Below, in pieces: positions 16,573 to 26,770 of a stretch of DNA of 60,797 bases. The stretch is from an uncultured Clostridia bacterium (GTDB lineage: Bacteria > Bacillota > Clostridia > TANB77 > CAG-508), in NCBI GenBank assembly GCA_944393735.1, contig CALYBE010000001.1, positions 1 through 60,797 of the forward strand, read 5' to 3'. Position numbers and translations under genes: made by a program. The stretch's first letter is position 1. The number at the start of each line of letters is the position of its first letter. A model generated the notes under the pieces. That model had not been told where the DNA came from, made no database searches, and saw nothing but the letters and a program-made list of their open reading frames with translations.

Positions 16573-16660
16573 GTATTAAATATTTTTTGTGGATATAGTC
16601 CTCATACTGATGCAAAATTTGCAATATCGAACATTGAAATCCACTCTTTTTGGAAAGTTA

Positions 16661-16738
16661 TGGGGTGGAAGATGGGACTCGAACCCACGGTCTCCAGTGC
16701 CACAAACTGGCGCGTTAACCAACTACGCTACATCCACC
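16661..16738 (-). tRNA. tRNA-His (anticodon GUG) with extra G-1
   Basis: The reverse complement is GGUGGAUGUAGCGUAGUUGGUUAACGCGCCAGUUUGUGGCACUGGAGACCGUGGGUUCGAGUCCCAUCUUCCACCCCA. Anticodon loop is UUGUGGC, G-1 pairs with C73, and CCA is encoded. There is one U:U mismatch in the acceptor stem. Confidence 0.85.
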
Positions 16739-17179
16739 ATTGAGTTCGCTCATTTGTGAGCACAGTATATATTTTAATCTCATTTTGATGATTTGTCAAG
16801 ACATTTTCAAGAATTTGTTAAAGTTTTTGTTTCAAAAGTTATAATTCATGTCTTATAAGATTATCCAAATAATATTGATATATTAATATTTCATAAATTT
16901 TTCGACTCAATGCAAAAATTAAAAATCTCTAAAATAATTTTACCGCCTCCATTCACTTAATCCTCGAAATTTATAATCATTTTAAAAGTAGTAAATTGTT
17001 TCATATTGATTTTTTACCTAAAATCTGTTAATATATAGTATGTAAATATGAGAAAAAAATAAAAGAAAAATCCTTATTTTATAGATAAAATAAAGATTTT
17101 TGCACAAAAAACAATGGCTTTGCACATAAATAATTTAAAAAGGAGGAAGTGTTAGTAGCAAGCTAGCATAAGAACAATT

Positions 17180-18442
17180 ATGCCAAAAGTAATAGTAATA
17201 GGTGGTGGACCAGCAGGAATGATGGCTGCTATAACAGCAAAAGAATATAGAAATGATGTAACAATAATAGAAAAAATGCCAGCATTTGGAAAGAAATTAT
17301 TAATAACAGGAAAAGGGAGATGCAACATAACTAGTTCACTATATATGAGTGAATTTATAAAGAATACCCCTGGAAATGGACGTTTTCTTTATAGTGCATT
17401 CCAAAACTTTACAAATGCAGACATAATAGACTTCTTAAAAAAACAAGGGTTAGAAGTAAAAGAGGAAAGAGGAAACAGAATATTTCCAATTACAGATAAA
17501 TCAATAGATGTTTTAAATTGTTTCCTAAAAAGAATTGACGAATTACATATAAAATACATGTTAAATACAAGAGTAGAAAAAATCTTAATAAACAACAATG
17601 AAGTCCTAGGAGTAAGGACACAAAGAGAAATAATTCAAACAGACAGAATAATATTGGCAACAGGAGGAAAAAGCTATCCATTAACTGGTTCAAGTGGTGA
17701 TGGGTACAAGATTGCATCAGAATTAGGACATAAGATAGTAGCAATTAAACCTTCATTAGTGCCATTAGTAGTTTTTGAAAAAGAAGAATGCAAAAAAATG
17801 CAAGGACTAAGTCTAAGAAATGTAGGAATAAAATTTATAGATGAAGATAAAAACAAATTAATATATGAAGACTTTGGAGAAATGATATTTACTCATTTTG
17901 GAATATCTGGTCCAATAATACTAAGTGGTTCAGCACATTTAGTAAGATACAAAGAAATTGATAATCTTATGAAGAATAAGAAAATAAAAATTATTATAGA
18001 CTTAAAGCCTGCACTAACAGAAGAACAGCTAGATGATAGAATATTACGAGATTTTAAGGAATTTAAAAATAAACAATTCAAACACAGTTTAAACAAATTA
18101 TTACCTCAAAAAATGATTCCAGTAATTATTGAAAAATCTAAAATAGATGAAGATAAAAGAGTTAATGAAATAACAAAAGAAGAAAGAAAAAAATTGATTT
18201 TTCTATTAAAAAATTTTGAAATTACTATAAAAGATTTTAGACCGGTTGAAGAAGCAATAATTACAAGTGGAGGAATAGATACAAAAGAAATTAACCCAAA
18301 AACAATGGAATCAAAGATAATAAAAGGATTATATTTTGCAGGTGAAATAATAGATGTAGATGCATATACAGGTGGATTTAATTTGCAAATAGCATATTCA
18401 ACAGGATATACAGCCGGAAAGCATTGTGGAGATATAGAATAA
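17180..18442 (+). CDS. NAD(P)/FAD-dependent oxidoreductase, HI0933/BaiN family
   Basis: N-terminal VIVIGGGPAGMMAA dinucleotide fold, GRCN motif, and C-terminal GGFNLQ..YSTGYTAG. Confidence 0.8.
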   Translation: MPKVIVIGGGPAGMMAAITAKEYRNDVTIIEKMPAFGKKLLITGKGRCNITSSLYMSEFIKNTPGNGRFLYSAFQNFTNADIIDFLKKQGLEVKEERGNRIFPITDKSIDVLNCFLKRIDELHIKYMLNTRVEKILINNNEVLGVRTQREIIQTDRIILATGGKSYPLTGSSGDGYKIASELGHKIVAIKPSLVPLVVFEKEECKKMQGLSLRNVGIKFIDEDKNKLIYEDFGEMIFTHFGISGPIILSGSAHLVRYKEIDNLMKNKKIKIIIDLKPALTEEQLDDRILRDFKEFKNKQFKHSLNKLLPQKMIPVIIEKSKIDEDKRVNEITKEERKKLIFLLKNFEITIKDFRPVEEAIITSGGIDTKEINPKTMESKIIKGLYFAGEIIDVDAYTGGFNLQIAYSTGYTAGKHCGDIE

Positions 18443-18557
18443 TTAAAACAATTGTAAAACATCAATTTAGCAACTGAAATAATTTCAGTTGCTAATAAAA
18501 ATTTATGAACTAATTTTTTACCTATGTTTATTTCTTAAGAAAGGAAAATAATAAATT

Positions 18558-19208
18558 ATGGAAAATTTTTATACAGTTCAGAATGAAGAAACAGCTGAGA
18601 TAGTAGAGAAGAAATCAAAATTCATAGCAACAATATTGAATGTAGAGAATGTAAGTCAAGCTGAGAAAAAAATAAAAGACATAAAAAAGAAATTTCACGA
18701 TGCAAAGCACAATTGTGTAGCATATAGAGTAATAGAGAATGGCAGACTTATAGAAAAATCAAGTGACGATGGTGAACCATCAGGTACAGCAGGAGGACCA
18801 ATTCTTAATATTTTACAAAAGACTAATTTATGTAATGTATTAGTTGTTCTCACAAGATATTTTGGAGGAATTTTATTAGGAACAGGTGGACTTGTTAGAG
18901 CTTATTCAGAAGTTACTCAAAAAGCAATAGATAAATGTAAATTAGTATATAAATTAAAAGGTGTAGAAACAGAAATAAAATTGGATTATGCTAATTTAGA
19001 ACTTTTTAAATATTATTGTAAAAATAATGAAATTAAAATAATAAATATAGAATATTTAGAAGATATAAATATAAAAATAGAAATGGAAGAAAATAGAAAA
19101 AATATTTTTTTGAAAGATATTGAAACAAAAAACATAAATATAAAGAAAATTCAAGACTTTAAAGAAAAATATATAAATAAAACTGTTGAAAAAATAAATA
19201 AATGGTAA
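18558..19208 (+). CDS. yigZ: YigZ/IMPACT-family protein
   Basis: KSKFIA...A.HNCVAYR....SDDGEPSGTAG.PIL...VVLTRYFGGI.LG.GGLVRAY pattern. Confidence 0.8.
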   Translation: MENFYTVQNEETAEIVEKKSKFIATILNVENVSQAEKKIKDIKKKFHDAKHNCVAYRVIENGRLIEKSSDDGEPSGTAGGPILNILQKTNLCNVLVVLTRYFGGILLGTGGLVRAYSEVTQKAIDKCKLVYKLKGVETEIKLDYANLELFKYYCKNNEIKIINIEYLEDINIKIEMEENRKNIFLKDIETKNINIKKIQDFKEKYINKTVEKINKW

Positions 19209-19225
19209 AAATTGCCAAAAAACTC

Positions 19226-19254
19226 TTGCAAAAATTTTCCTAAAGTATTATAAT
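19226..19254 (+). promoter_or_regulatory. Candidate sigma-A-type promoter upstream of spo0A
   Basis: TTGCAA (19226-19231), a 17-nt spacer, and TATAAT (19249-19254). Confidence 0.4.
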
Positions 19255-19297
19255 CAAAAATGTAAATTTTTTACAGTAAAATTTAGGAGGAAAAAAC

Positions 19298-20122
19298 ATG
19301 AGAGAAAAAATCAAAGTTTTAATTGCAGATGACAACCAAGAATTTAGCATGACATTAGCTACATATTTAAAAAGCCAAGATGATATGGCAGTAATTGGAA
19401 GAGCCAAAGATGGAAATGAAGCAGTAGACATGATAACTAATTTAACACCAGACATAGTACTATTAGATGTAATCATGCCACATTTAGATGGAATAGGAGT
19501 TTTGGAAAAATTAAATATGATAAAAATGAGCAAAAAACCAATCTGTATAATGTTATCAGCAGTAGGGCAAGACAAAATTACAAGAAGAGCAGTTGAGTTA
19601 GGTGCAGAATATTATGTGGTAAAACCATTTGACATTGAATTATTAATTTCAAGAATTAGAGAATTAAAAAATTACAAGCCAACACAAGCCAATAATTTCA
19701 TATCAAAAGATATGGCAATGACAAAAACTCAGTATATAGACATTTCAAGTAATACAGAAAATAAAGAAAATAACTTAGAAGCATTAGTTACAAATGTAAT
19801 ACATGAAGTTGGAGTTCCAGCACACATAAAAGGATATCAATATTTAAGAGAAGCAATTATTATGGTAGTTAAAGACATTGATGTAATTAATCAAATTACC
19901 AAAAGTTTATATCCTGAAATAGCAGAAAAATTTCACACAACCCCTTCGCGAGTAGAACGTGCAATCCGTCATGCCATTGAAGTTGCCTGGGGAAGAGGCC
20001 AACAAGATGTTGTAGAAAACATTTTTGGCTATACAATTTCAGCAGCAAAAGGCAAGCCTACAAATAGTGAATTTATTGCAATGATTGCTGATAAGTTAAG
20101 ATTAGAACTAAAGAGTGCTTAA
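19298..20122 (+). CDS. spo0A: Sporulation master regulator Spo0A
   Basis: Receiver domain plus the Spo0A-specific C-terminal domain ([35 protein letters not shown]). Confidence 0.95.
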   Translation: MREKIKVLIADDNQEFSMTLATYLKSQDDMAVIGRAKDGNEAVDMITNLTPDIVLLDVIMPHLDGIGVLEKLNMIKMSKKPICIMLSAVGQDKITRRAVELGAEYYVVKPFDIELLISRIRELKNYKPTQANNFISKDMAMTKTQYIDISSNTENKENNLEALVTNVIHEVGVPAHIKGYQYLREAIIMVVKDIDVINQITKSLYPEIAEKFHTTPSRVERAIRHAIEVAWGRGQQDVVENIFGYTISAAKGKPTNSEFIAMIADKLRLELKSA

Positions 20123-20481
20123 CAAACAATTATACCTAAAATTTTCTAAATTATGAAGTCATATTTTCCATAATTTTTCTTTAATAAATCTCATCTTTTT
20201 ATAAAAACATAAAATAATAGCAACAAAATGAAAATAACAATAGAGAACAAGAGAATAAACAAAAAAATCGAAGAGATATTAAATAAAATGACATATTTAT
20301 ATAAAAAAACGATTAGTTGATTTTTTTTATTTTTTATAGTATAGTAAGAATATAAAAAAAGAGTTAAGATTTTCTAAAAACAAATTGTCATAAGAAAATC
20401 TTTCACTTTTAAAATATATTCTAGAGAGACACAACAATATGATTACGTGTCTTTCCAAAGAATAAAAAAGGAAATAAACAA

Positions 20482-21978
20482 ATGAAAGAAAATCGAACAC
20501 TAATGCAATATTTTGAATGGTATTTAAAACCAGAAGATAAACTTTGGAAAAAAGTCATTGCAAATGCACAAGATATAGCAACAATTGGAATAACTGACGT
20601 GTGGTTACCACCCGCATATAAAGGTGCAGGAGGTAAGTATGATGTAGGATATTCCGCATATGACCTATATGATTTAGGAGAATTTGACCAAAAAGGTAGT
20701 GTTGAAACAAAATATGGTACTAAAGAGGAATATTTACAAGCAATTAATGAATTACACAAAAACAATATAAAAGTATATGCAGATATTGTTTTAAATCATA
20801 AAATTGGAGCGGATGAACCAGAAACAGTATATGCAAGTGAAGAAGAACAGAAAAATCGAAATATAGATAAAACATTGCCAAAAAAAATTATAGCATGGAC
20901 AGTATATAATTTCAAAGGCAGAAATAATAAATATTCAGATTTCAAATGGAATTATACTCATTTTAATGGAACTGATTGGGATGAAAGCGGAAGAAAAAAT
21001 GGAATATTCAGATTTTGTGGAAAACATTGGGACCAAAATGTAGACACAGAAAATGGAAACTATGATTATTTAATGGGAGCAGATATAGATTTTAATAATC
21101 CAGAAGTTGTTAAAGAACTTATAAAGTGGGGAAAATGGTATTTAGAAGTAACAGAAGTAGATGCATTTAGGTTGGATGCAGTAAAACATATTAAATCAAC
21201 ATTTATGGCTGAATGGGTAAGAGCTATGCGTGAAGAAAAGCCAATACAATGTGTTGGAGAATATTGGAACAGGGATTTAAAAGCCCTAATACATTATATA
21301 GAAAAAACAAATTCAAGTATACCATTATTTGATGTTCCACTTCATTACAATTTATACGAAGCTTCAAATTCTGGTGGAAAATATGACATGGCAAAAATAT
21401 TAGATAATACTTTAGTAAAGGAAATGCCACAATTAGCTGTAACATTTGTAGATAATCATGATACAGAGCAGGGACAAGCCCTATTCTCTTGGATACAAAA
21501 TTGGTTTAAGCCATTAGCATATGCTTTAATTTTATTAAGAAAAGATGGACTTCCTTGTGTTTTCTATGGAGACTTTTATGGAGTACCATCAGGCAATATT
21601 GCTCCTATGAGAGATTGGCTAGAAAAATTGATAAAAGCAAGAAAATACTTTGCATATGGAGAGCAAATAGATTATTTTGATCACCATGATGTTATTGGTT
21701 GGGTAAGAGCTGGTGATGATGAACACCAAAATTCAGGAATGGTAGTAATTATGAGTGACGGACCTGGAGGAGGAAAAACTATAAATGTAGGAAAGAGACT
21801 TGCAAATAAAATATTTTATGATTACACAGGAAATGTTAAAGAAACAGTATATGTTGACAAAGAGGGTAATGGAATTTTCTATTGTAATGGAGGAAGTGTT
21901 TCTGTTTGGGTCAATAGGGACGGAGATTTGGTCAATGGGGACGGAGATTTTGACAACTTTTATAATAAAAAAATTTGA
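20482..21978 (+). CDS. amyA: Cytoplasmic GH13 alpha-amylase; the last ~20 codons are REP-derived
   Basis: TLMQYFEWY, DVVLNH-like IVLNHK, GFRLDAVKHI, and FVDNHD catalytic regions. No signal peptide. The 3' end reads through REP copies (21910-21957). Confidence 0.9.
   Translation: MKENRTLMQYFEWYLKPEDKLWKKVIANAQDIATIGITDVWLPPAYKGAGGKYDVGYSAYDLYDLGEFDQKGSVETKYGTKEEYLQAINELHKNNIKVYADIVLNHKIGADEPETVYASEEEQKNRNIDKTLPKKIIAWTVYNFKGRNNKYSDFKWNYTHFNGTDWDESGRKNGIFRFCGKHWDQNVDTENGNYDYLMGADIDFNNPEVVKELIKWGKWYLEVTEVDAFRLDAVKHIKSTFMAEWVRAMREEKPIQCVGEYWNRDLKALIHYIEKTNSSIPLFDVPLHYNLYEASNSGGKYDMAKILDNTLVKEMPQLAVTFVDNHDTEQGQALFSWIQNWFKPLAYALILLRKDGLPCVFYGDFYGVPSGNIAPMRDWLEKLIKARKYFAYGEQIDYFDHHDVIGWVRAGDDEHQNSGMVVIMSDGPGGGKTINVGKRLANKIFYDYTGNVKETVYVDKEGNGIFYCNGGSVSVWVNRDGDLVNGDGDFDNFYNKKI
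21910..21957 (+). repeat. REP copies (one partial plus one full) at the left end of the RAYT unit
   Basis: GTCAATAGGGACGGAGATTTG is followed by GTCAATGGGGACGGAGATTTTGACAAC. The latter is the exact reverse complement of 22835-22861. Confidence 0.9.
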
Positions 21979-22064
21979 ATAATTACAAATTTCGACAAAA
22001 AATACAAAAATAGTATGATATAATATTTGCCATTATATCATACTATTTTTTAAGGAGGAATTTA

Positions 22065-22784
22065 ATGTCAAGACTTCCGCGAAATTACATGAAGACTCCA
22101 TTTTTTCACATAATTACCCAAGGAATTGAAAAAAGGTTTATATTTGAAAAACCAGAAGATATAAAATATTATATAAAAATAATGTATAAAATAAAAGAAG
22201 AACATAACATCAATATTATAGCATATTGTATAATGAATAATCATACACATATGCTAGTGGAAACTCAAGTAATAGAACAATTAAGTAAATATATGCAAAG
22301 AATTAATACTACATATGGAAAATATTATAATAAGAAATATAATAGAGTTGGCTATGTTTTTAGAGATAGGTATAAAGCGGAAGGAATATATAGTGAAAAA
22401 CATTTATATAACTGCATAAAATATATCCATAATAATCCAGTAAAAGCTGGAATATGTAACAAAGCTGAAGAGTATCCATATTCAAATTATAAAATGATGA
22501 GAACCGAATTTAAAGAGAAATATAGTTCGATGGCTAAAAGTGATTACAGTAATGTAGAATATGAATTTATTGATGTGGATGAAAAGAATGAAAAACCATG
22601 TGATAAAATTATCGAAGTATATCTAAAAGAAAATAAGATAGACTTAAAATCTATAAAACAAAGTAAAGAAATGTTAAAGAAACTAATTATATTTTTAAAG
22701 GATGAAAATAAAATTTCGCTGAGGAAAATAGCAGAAGGAATAGAAATGAGTAGAGAGACGGTTAGAAAAATATATAATCAATAA
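22065..22784 (+). CDS. rayT: REP-associated tyrosine transposase (HUH/Y1, IS200-like) with a C-terminal HTH-like extension
   Basis: HUH motif NNHTHMLV. GYVFRDRYKAE, and the catalytic-Tyr region YIHNNPVKAG. The C-terminal ISLRKIAEGIEMSRETVRKIY resembles an HTH. Confidence 0.8.
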   Translation: MSRLPRNYMKTPFFHIITQGIEKRFIFEKPEDIKYYIKIMYKIKEEHNINIIAYCIMNNHTHMLVETQVIEQLSKYMQRINTTYGKYYNKKYNRVGYVFRDRYKAEGIYSEKHLYNCIKYIHNNPVKAGICNKAEEYPYSNYKMMRTEFKEKYSSMAKSDYSNVEYEFIDVDEKNEKPCDKIIEVYLKENKIDLKSIKQSKEMLKKLIIFLKDENKISLRKIAEGIEMSRETVRKIYNQ

Positions 22785-22834
22785 TGTAAAATCAAATATT
22801 AAACAAAAGTAGTGAGACTAGAGACCATCGTAAA

Positions 22835-22861
22835 AGTTGTCAAAATCTCCGTCCCCATTGA
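22835..22861 (-). repeat. REP copy (right end of the RAYT unit)
   Basis: GTTGTCAAAATCTCCGTCCCCATTGAC. Confidence 0.9.
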
Positions 22862-22924
22862 CATTGACAGAAAAGAGCAACAATTTTTTTCTTTTCAAAA
22901 ATTGTTGCTCTTTCAATATCAGGA

Positions 22925-23728
22925 TTATAGTTTCAAACGTTGCTGCTCTTCAAGAGAGTACATTTCCTTCAGATTTTTGAAGATGGCTTTTCTTTTACTA
23001 CTTAATTCATTTCCAAACGAAAAGAAAGGATCACTCTTTTCACAAATTGCATTTTTATTGGGATGCACTATAGTACACCCAATGCCAAAAGCTTTTGCAA
23101 CTGCTTCAACCTCAGAATTAATAGAATCTATAACAATAATCCTTGCAGGTTTAATAATTTCACCATTCCGTTTTGTCTTGCAAGTGACTTGGTTGTATGT
23201 TTCAAGTCGTAGTGTAGCCATATTTAAATCATGTAATGTGAGCCAAATGCTAGGAAATTCTGTTATATCATCTTCATTTATTGCATGTGGATCTGAATCG
23301 CAGTCCATAGGAAAAATATGAGCAATTAATTCAGGGTACATATTATAAGCAAACAGAATGTTTCCTCCCAAGCCATAATATGATACATTTTTATTGTTAA
23401 TTGTTGAAAACGAAATATAATTTCTGTTTTCAAACTGTCCAAAGTACGTTGATGGATCATTAGGATTTGAAAGCTTAGTCCCCACTCTTACTAGAAAATT
23501 GAATCTAGTACCACGAGGAATCTCTGAAATAAAGCCATGTTCTTCTATTTGAGTGTGTAAACATATGTCTTTGCAGGCATATTCCCTACACTCACTATAT
23601 GTGGGACTTTTTTTTATTTTTGCTAAAGAAGACCGGGAAATTTCCCATTCTTTATTTCGCATTTTCTTTTTTGTTGTCCCATCACTAGATGTTAAATATA
23701 GACCTTTTGATAAATTTGGATTTAGCAT
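22925..23728 (-). CDS. Hypothetical 267-aa protein bracketed by two same-orientation REP copies
   Basis: AAAGGAG lies 6-7 nt upstream of the ATG (minus strand). A hairpin terminator sits at 22873-22912. No domain is recognised. GC is slightly higher than the surroundings. Confidence 0.6.
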   Translation of the reverse strand: MLNPNLSKGLYLTSSDGTTKKKMRNKEWEISRSSLAKIKKSPTYSECREYACKDICLHTQIEEHGFISEIPRGTRFNFLVRVGTKLSNPNDPSTYFGQFENRNYISFSTINNKNVSYYGLGGNILFAYNMYPELIAHIFPMDCDSDPHAINEDDITEFPSIWLTLHDLNMATLRLETYNQVTCKTKRNGEIIKPARIIVIDSINSEVEAVAKAFGIGCTIVHPNKNAICEKSDPFFSFGNELSSKRKAIFKNLKEMYSLEEQQRLKL

Positions 23729-23843
23729 AAAAAAGCTCCTTTACTTCCTGATATAGTTAATAAAAAAATTACTACAGCAAATTGCTGTAAATCCTATAAA
23801 TTGTAACATGATTTTATGTAAATGTCAAGACACCTGCTTCACA

Positions 23844-23869
23844 TTGTCAAAATCTCCGTCCCCATTGAC
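23844..23869 (-). repeat. Solo REP copy
   Basis: TTGTCAAAATCTCCGTCCCCATTGAC, in the same orientation as 22835-22861. Confidence 0.9.
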
Positions 23870-23923
23870 AAAAATGTAAAAGTTATGCTAAAAATATATA
23901 TATGAAAAGGGGGAGATGCTATA

Positions 23924-24400
23924 ATGAAAATAGGTTTTTATGCAGGAAGTTTTGACCCATTTACAAATGGGCATTTACATGTAATTGCAAAATCTGCAGA
24001 ACTTTTTGATAAAGTCATAGTAGGGGTAGGTGTTAACTCAAACAAAAAGAGAAGATTTGATAAAGAATTAATGAAAAATGCAATAGAACAAGTGCTTATT
24101 CGTGAAAAGTTAGATAATGTAACAGTTGTATCATATGATAAACTTTCTGTAGATGCTGCATTAGATCATAGTGCAAAATTTTTGGTAAGAGGAATTAGAA
24201 ATGGCATGGATTATGAAAGTGAAGAAAATATGGCAGCAATAAATGAAGAATTATCTGGACTAGATACAATATATATTAGGGCTGGAAGTTTAGGTAATAT
24301 TAGTTCAAGTATGGTAATAGAATTACTAAAAAATGATAAAGATGTTTCTAAATATCTTCCAAAAGAAGTATTGAATATTGTAAAAAGCACCATCATTTAA
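23924..24400 (+). CDS. coaD: Pantetheine-phosphate adenylyltransferase
   Basis: YAGSFDPFTNGHLHVI (HxGH nucleotidyltransferase motif), LVRGIRN..DYE.E..MA..N, ISSS motif. 158 aa. Confidence 0.85.
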   Translation: MKIGFYAGSFDPFTNGHLHVIAKSAELFDKVIVGVGVNSNKKRRFDKELMKNAIEQVLIREKLDNVTVVSYDKLSVDAALDHSAKFLVRGIRNGMDYESEENMAAINEELSGLDTIYIRAGSLGNISSSMVIELLKNDKDVSKYLPKEVLNIVKSTII

Positions 24401-24422
24401 TTTAAATGGTGGCGCTTTTGCT

Positions 24423-24989
24423 TCAAAGTATAGTTATTTTCTCTACCAATTCATTCAAGGTTTGTGGTTGATAATCATTTTTAACAATATAATCAAATTT
24501 AAAAGTTGAATAATCAACACTAGCTGAATCTCTTTTATAAAAATATTCTTCAGAGATATGATCTCTTTCAATTACTTTATTTTTTCTTTCTATATCATCA
24601 GATAAAACCAAAATTTTAAAACTACACTTGTTCCAATACTCAGTATAGGGTAGTAAAATCCAATCTAATATCATAAAGTTATTAGTTTGTTGCAGAAAAT
24701 TATCTAATGTTTTATTCATGTAATTCCATGTTAAATCTGTAAGTATATTCATTTTTTGCTTGTCAGCAAATACTATATTTCCAACTTTTTTTCTATCTAT
24801 TTTACCATTCTCGTCCAATACTCCTATTCCGAATTTATCACATAATTCCTTAAATATATCAGGTTGAAATAGAGCTTGATGTCCAACTTCATCTACATCC
24901 ACACACTTACAATTAAGTTTTTTTGATAATAATGAAGCAAAAGTAGATTTTCCACTGCCAGATTTTCCTGTTATACCAATTACTTTCAT
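24423..24989 (-). CDS. coaE: Dephospho-CoA kinase-like P-loop kinase
   Basis: GITGKSGSGKST P-loop, and FG.GVLDENGKIDRKKVGNIVFAD resembling the CoaE pattern. Confidence 0.65.
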   Translation of the reverse strand: MKVIGITGKSGSGKSTFASLLSKKLNCKCVDVDEVGHQALFQPDIFKELCDKFGIGVLDENGKIDRKKVGNIVFADKQKMNILTDLTWNYMNKTLDNFLQQTNNFMILDWILLPYTEYWNKCSFKILVLSDDIERKNKVIERDHISEEYFYKRDSASVDYSTFKFDYIVKNDYQPQTLNELVEKITIL

Positions 24990-25081
24990 AAGTTAATACC
25001 TCCTGTTTTATACTATCTTGAGTAAAGTTACCTCTGGAATCGATAACTTCATCCAATGAAAAAGTCTACTTCTCTAAGAAA

Positions 25082-26461
25082 TTATTCAACAATCATAGGA
25101 CCAATATTAGTAACTGTACCAGCGCCTAATGTTAAAACAATATCATCTTTTTCTACATGTTCTTTCAAATAAGAAGCACAATCGTTAAGAGAAGGGATAT
25201 ATATAGCATTTTTACCTAAAGCTGTAATAGCATCAGCTAAATCTTTAGAAGAAATATTATAAGTATTGGTTTCTCTTGCTGCATAAATATCTGTAACAAT
25301 AATATTATCAAAAGAAAGTAAGCTATGTGCAAAATCATCTAAAAGATTAAATGTTCTACTATAAGTATGAGGCTGAAAAACAACCCAGGATTTATTATAT
25401 TTTTTGTTTTTTAAAGCCTTAGCAGTAGCTGCAACTTCAGTTGGATGATGACCATAGTCATCATAGACTCTAGCTCCATTAACCATACCTTTAAATTCAA
25501 ATCTTCTATCAGCACCAGTAAATTTCTCTAATGCACTTTTAATATGTTCTTTAGAAATGCCATAAGCATCACATAATGCAATACAAGCTAAAGAATTTAA
25601 GATATTATGTCTGCCAGGAATTGAGAGTTTGAAATGATCATAGAATTCACCAAACTTATAAACATCAAATTCTGGAAAGCCTTCTTCGTTAAATTTGATG
25701 TCTTGAGCCGAAAAGTCTACATCTTCATTATCTATACCATATTTAATAGCAGGTGCTTTTGAATAAACAGGTAAATCTAAACAATTAGCATCATCAGCAT
25801 TTATGATTAAATGTCCATCTTCAGGTAATAACTTAACATATTTAATAAATGCGTTCTTAACATTTTCCATATTTTTATAGTAATCTAAATGGTCATTGTC
25901 AATATTTAAAATAATTTCAGATTTTGGACTGAACTTTAAAAAACTTTCAACATATTCGCAAGCTTCAATTATAAAATTTTCACTATTTCCAACTCTGTAA
26001 TTTCCTCCAAGTTCTTTTATTATTGCGCCAACTTGAATACTTGGGTCTTTTTGAGCTTCTACAAAACATAGAGCAACAAGAGAAGTAGTAGTTGTTTTTC
26101 CATGAGTACCAGATATAGCAATAGTATTTTTATAACATCTAGTAAGTTCACCTAGAAAATCAGATCTTTCTATAGTAGAAATTCCAAGTTCTTTTGCGTG
26201 TACTAATTCAGGATTATCTTTACTAATAGCAGCAGTATAAACAACGCAATCAGCACCAACTATATTTTTGGCATCATGACCAATAAAAACTTCTATTCCT
26301 GCTTTTTTTAATATATGTAAAATTTCAGAATCAGTACGGTCACTACCTGAAACTTTAAACCCCCAGTTTACAAGAATTTCAGCAATTCCGCTCATACTAA
26401 CTCCGCCGATTCCAATCATGTGTATTTTTTTGTATTTTTTTATATTATCAATATTTGGCAT
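25082..26461 (-). CDS. murC: UDP-N-acetylmuramate--L-alanine ligase
   Basis: HMIGIGGVSMSGIAEIL, ISGTHGKTTTTS, DYGHHPTE. The start is chosen at the second Met (AAGGAG 8 nt upstream). Confidence 0.9.
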   Translation of the reverse strand: MPNIDNIKKYKKIHMIGIGGVSMSGIAEILVNWGFKVSGSDRTDSEILHILKKAGIEVFIGHDAKNIVGADCVVYTAAISKDNPELVHAKELGISTIERSDFLGELTRCYKNTIAISGTHGKTTTTSLVALCFVEAQKDPSIQVGAIIKELGGNYRVGNSENFIIEACEYVESFLKFSPKSEIILNIDNDHLDYYKNMENVKNAFIKYVKLLPEDGHLIINADDANCLDLPVYSKAPAIKYGIDNEDVDFSAQDIKFNEEGFPEFDVYKFGEFYDHFKLSIPGRHNILNSLACIALCDAYGISKEHIKSALEKFTGADRRFEFKGMVNGARVYDDYGHHPTEVAATAKALKNKKYNKSWVVFQPHTYSRTFNLLDDFAHSLLSFDNIIVTDIYAARETNTYNISSKDLADAITALGKNAIYIPSLNDCASYLKEHVEKDDIVLTLGAGTVTNIGPMIVE

Positions 26462-26770
26462 TATAAACACTCCTTGAAATATTCGCTTTTATTCAATAAA
26501 TATCAATGCATAAATAGATATATTGAATTCTTTTGTAGGATTAATTATATACTTATATAATGCAAATTTCAAGATTTTTGTGATAATAAATAAAAAAATA
26601 ATATGAAAAGTAATTATTTTCTGATATTAAAAAAATAATTTTTTTAAAAAAACAAAAAAATAATAAAAAAAAGAGGGAAAAAGTAAAACGATGGCGAATA
26701 ATAAAATAGTACATAAGAAACAATACAACATATATGTACAAATTTTAAAAAAACAGTGGAGGTGCACACA

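Larger units (their letters stand above)
21931..22861 (+). mobile_element. REP-flanked RAYT (IS200/IS605-like Y1 transposase) unit
   Basis: Perfect 27-bp inverted repeats sit at both ends. A subterminal 13-bp hairpin (AGTATGATATAAT...ATTATATCATACT) lies upstream of the transposase RBS. Confidence 0.8.

Noticed and set aside
16528-16743. A 71-aa plus-strand ORF.
   Set aside because: It is entirely explained by the two minus-strand tRNA genes (Gln, His) that it overlaps.
22812-23321. A 169-aa plus-strand ORF downstream of the RAYT gene.
   Set aside because: It is antisense to the longer 267-aa minus-strand ORF, which has a strong RBS and a terminator. The plus ORF begins inside the REP.
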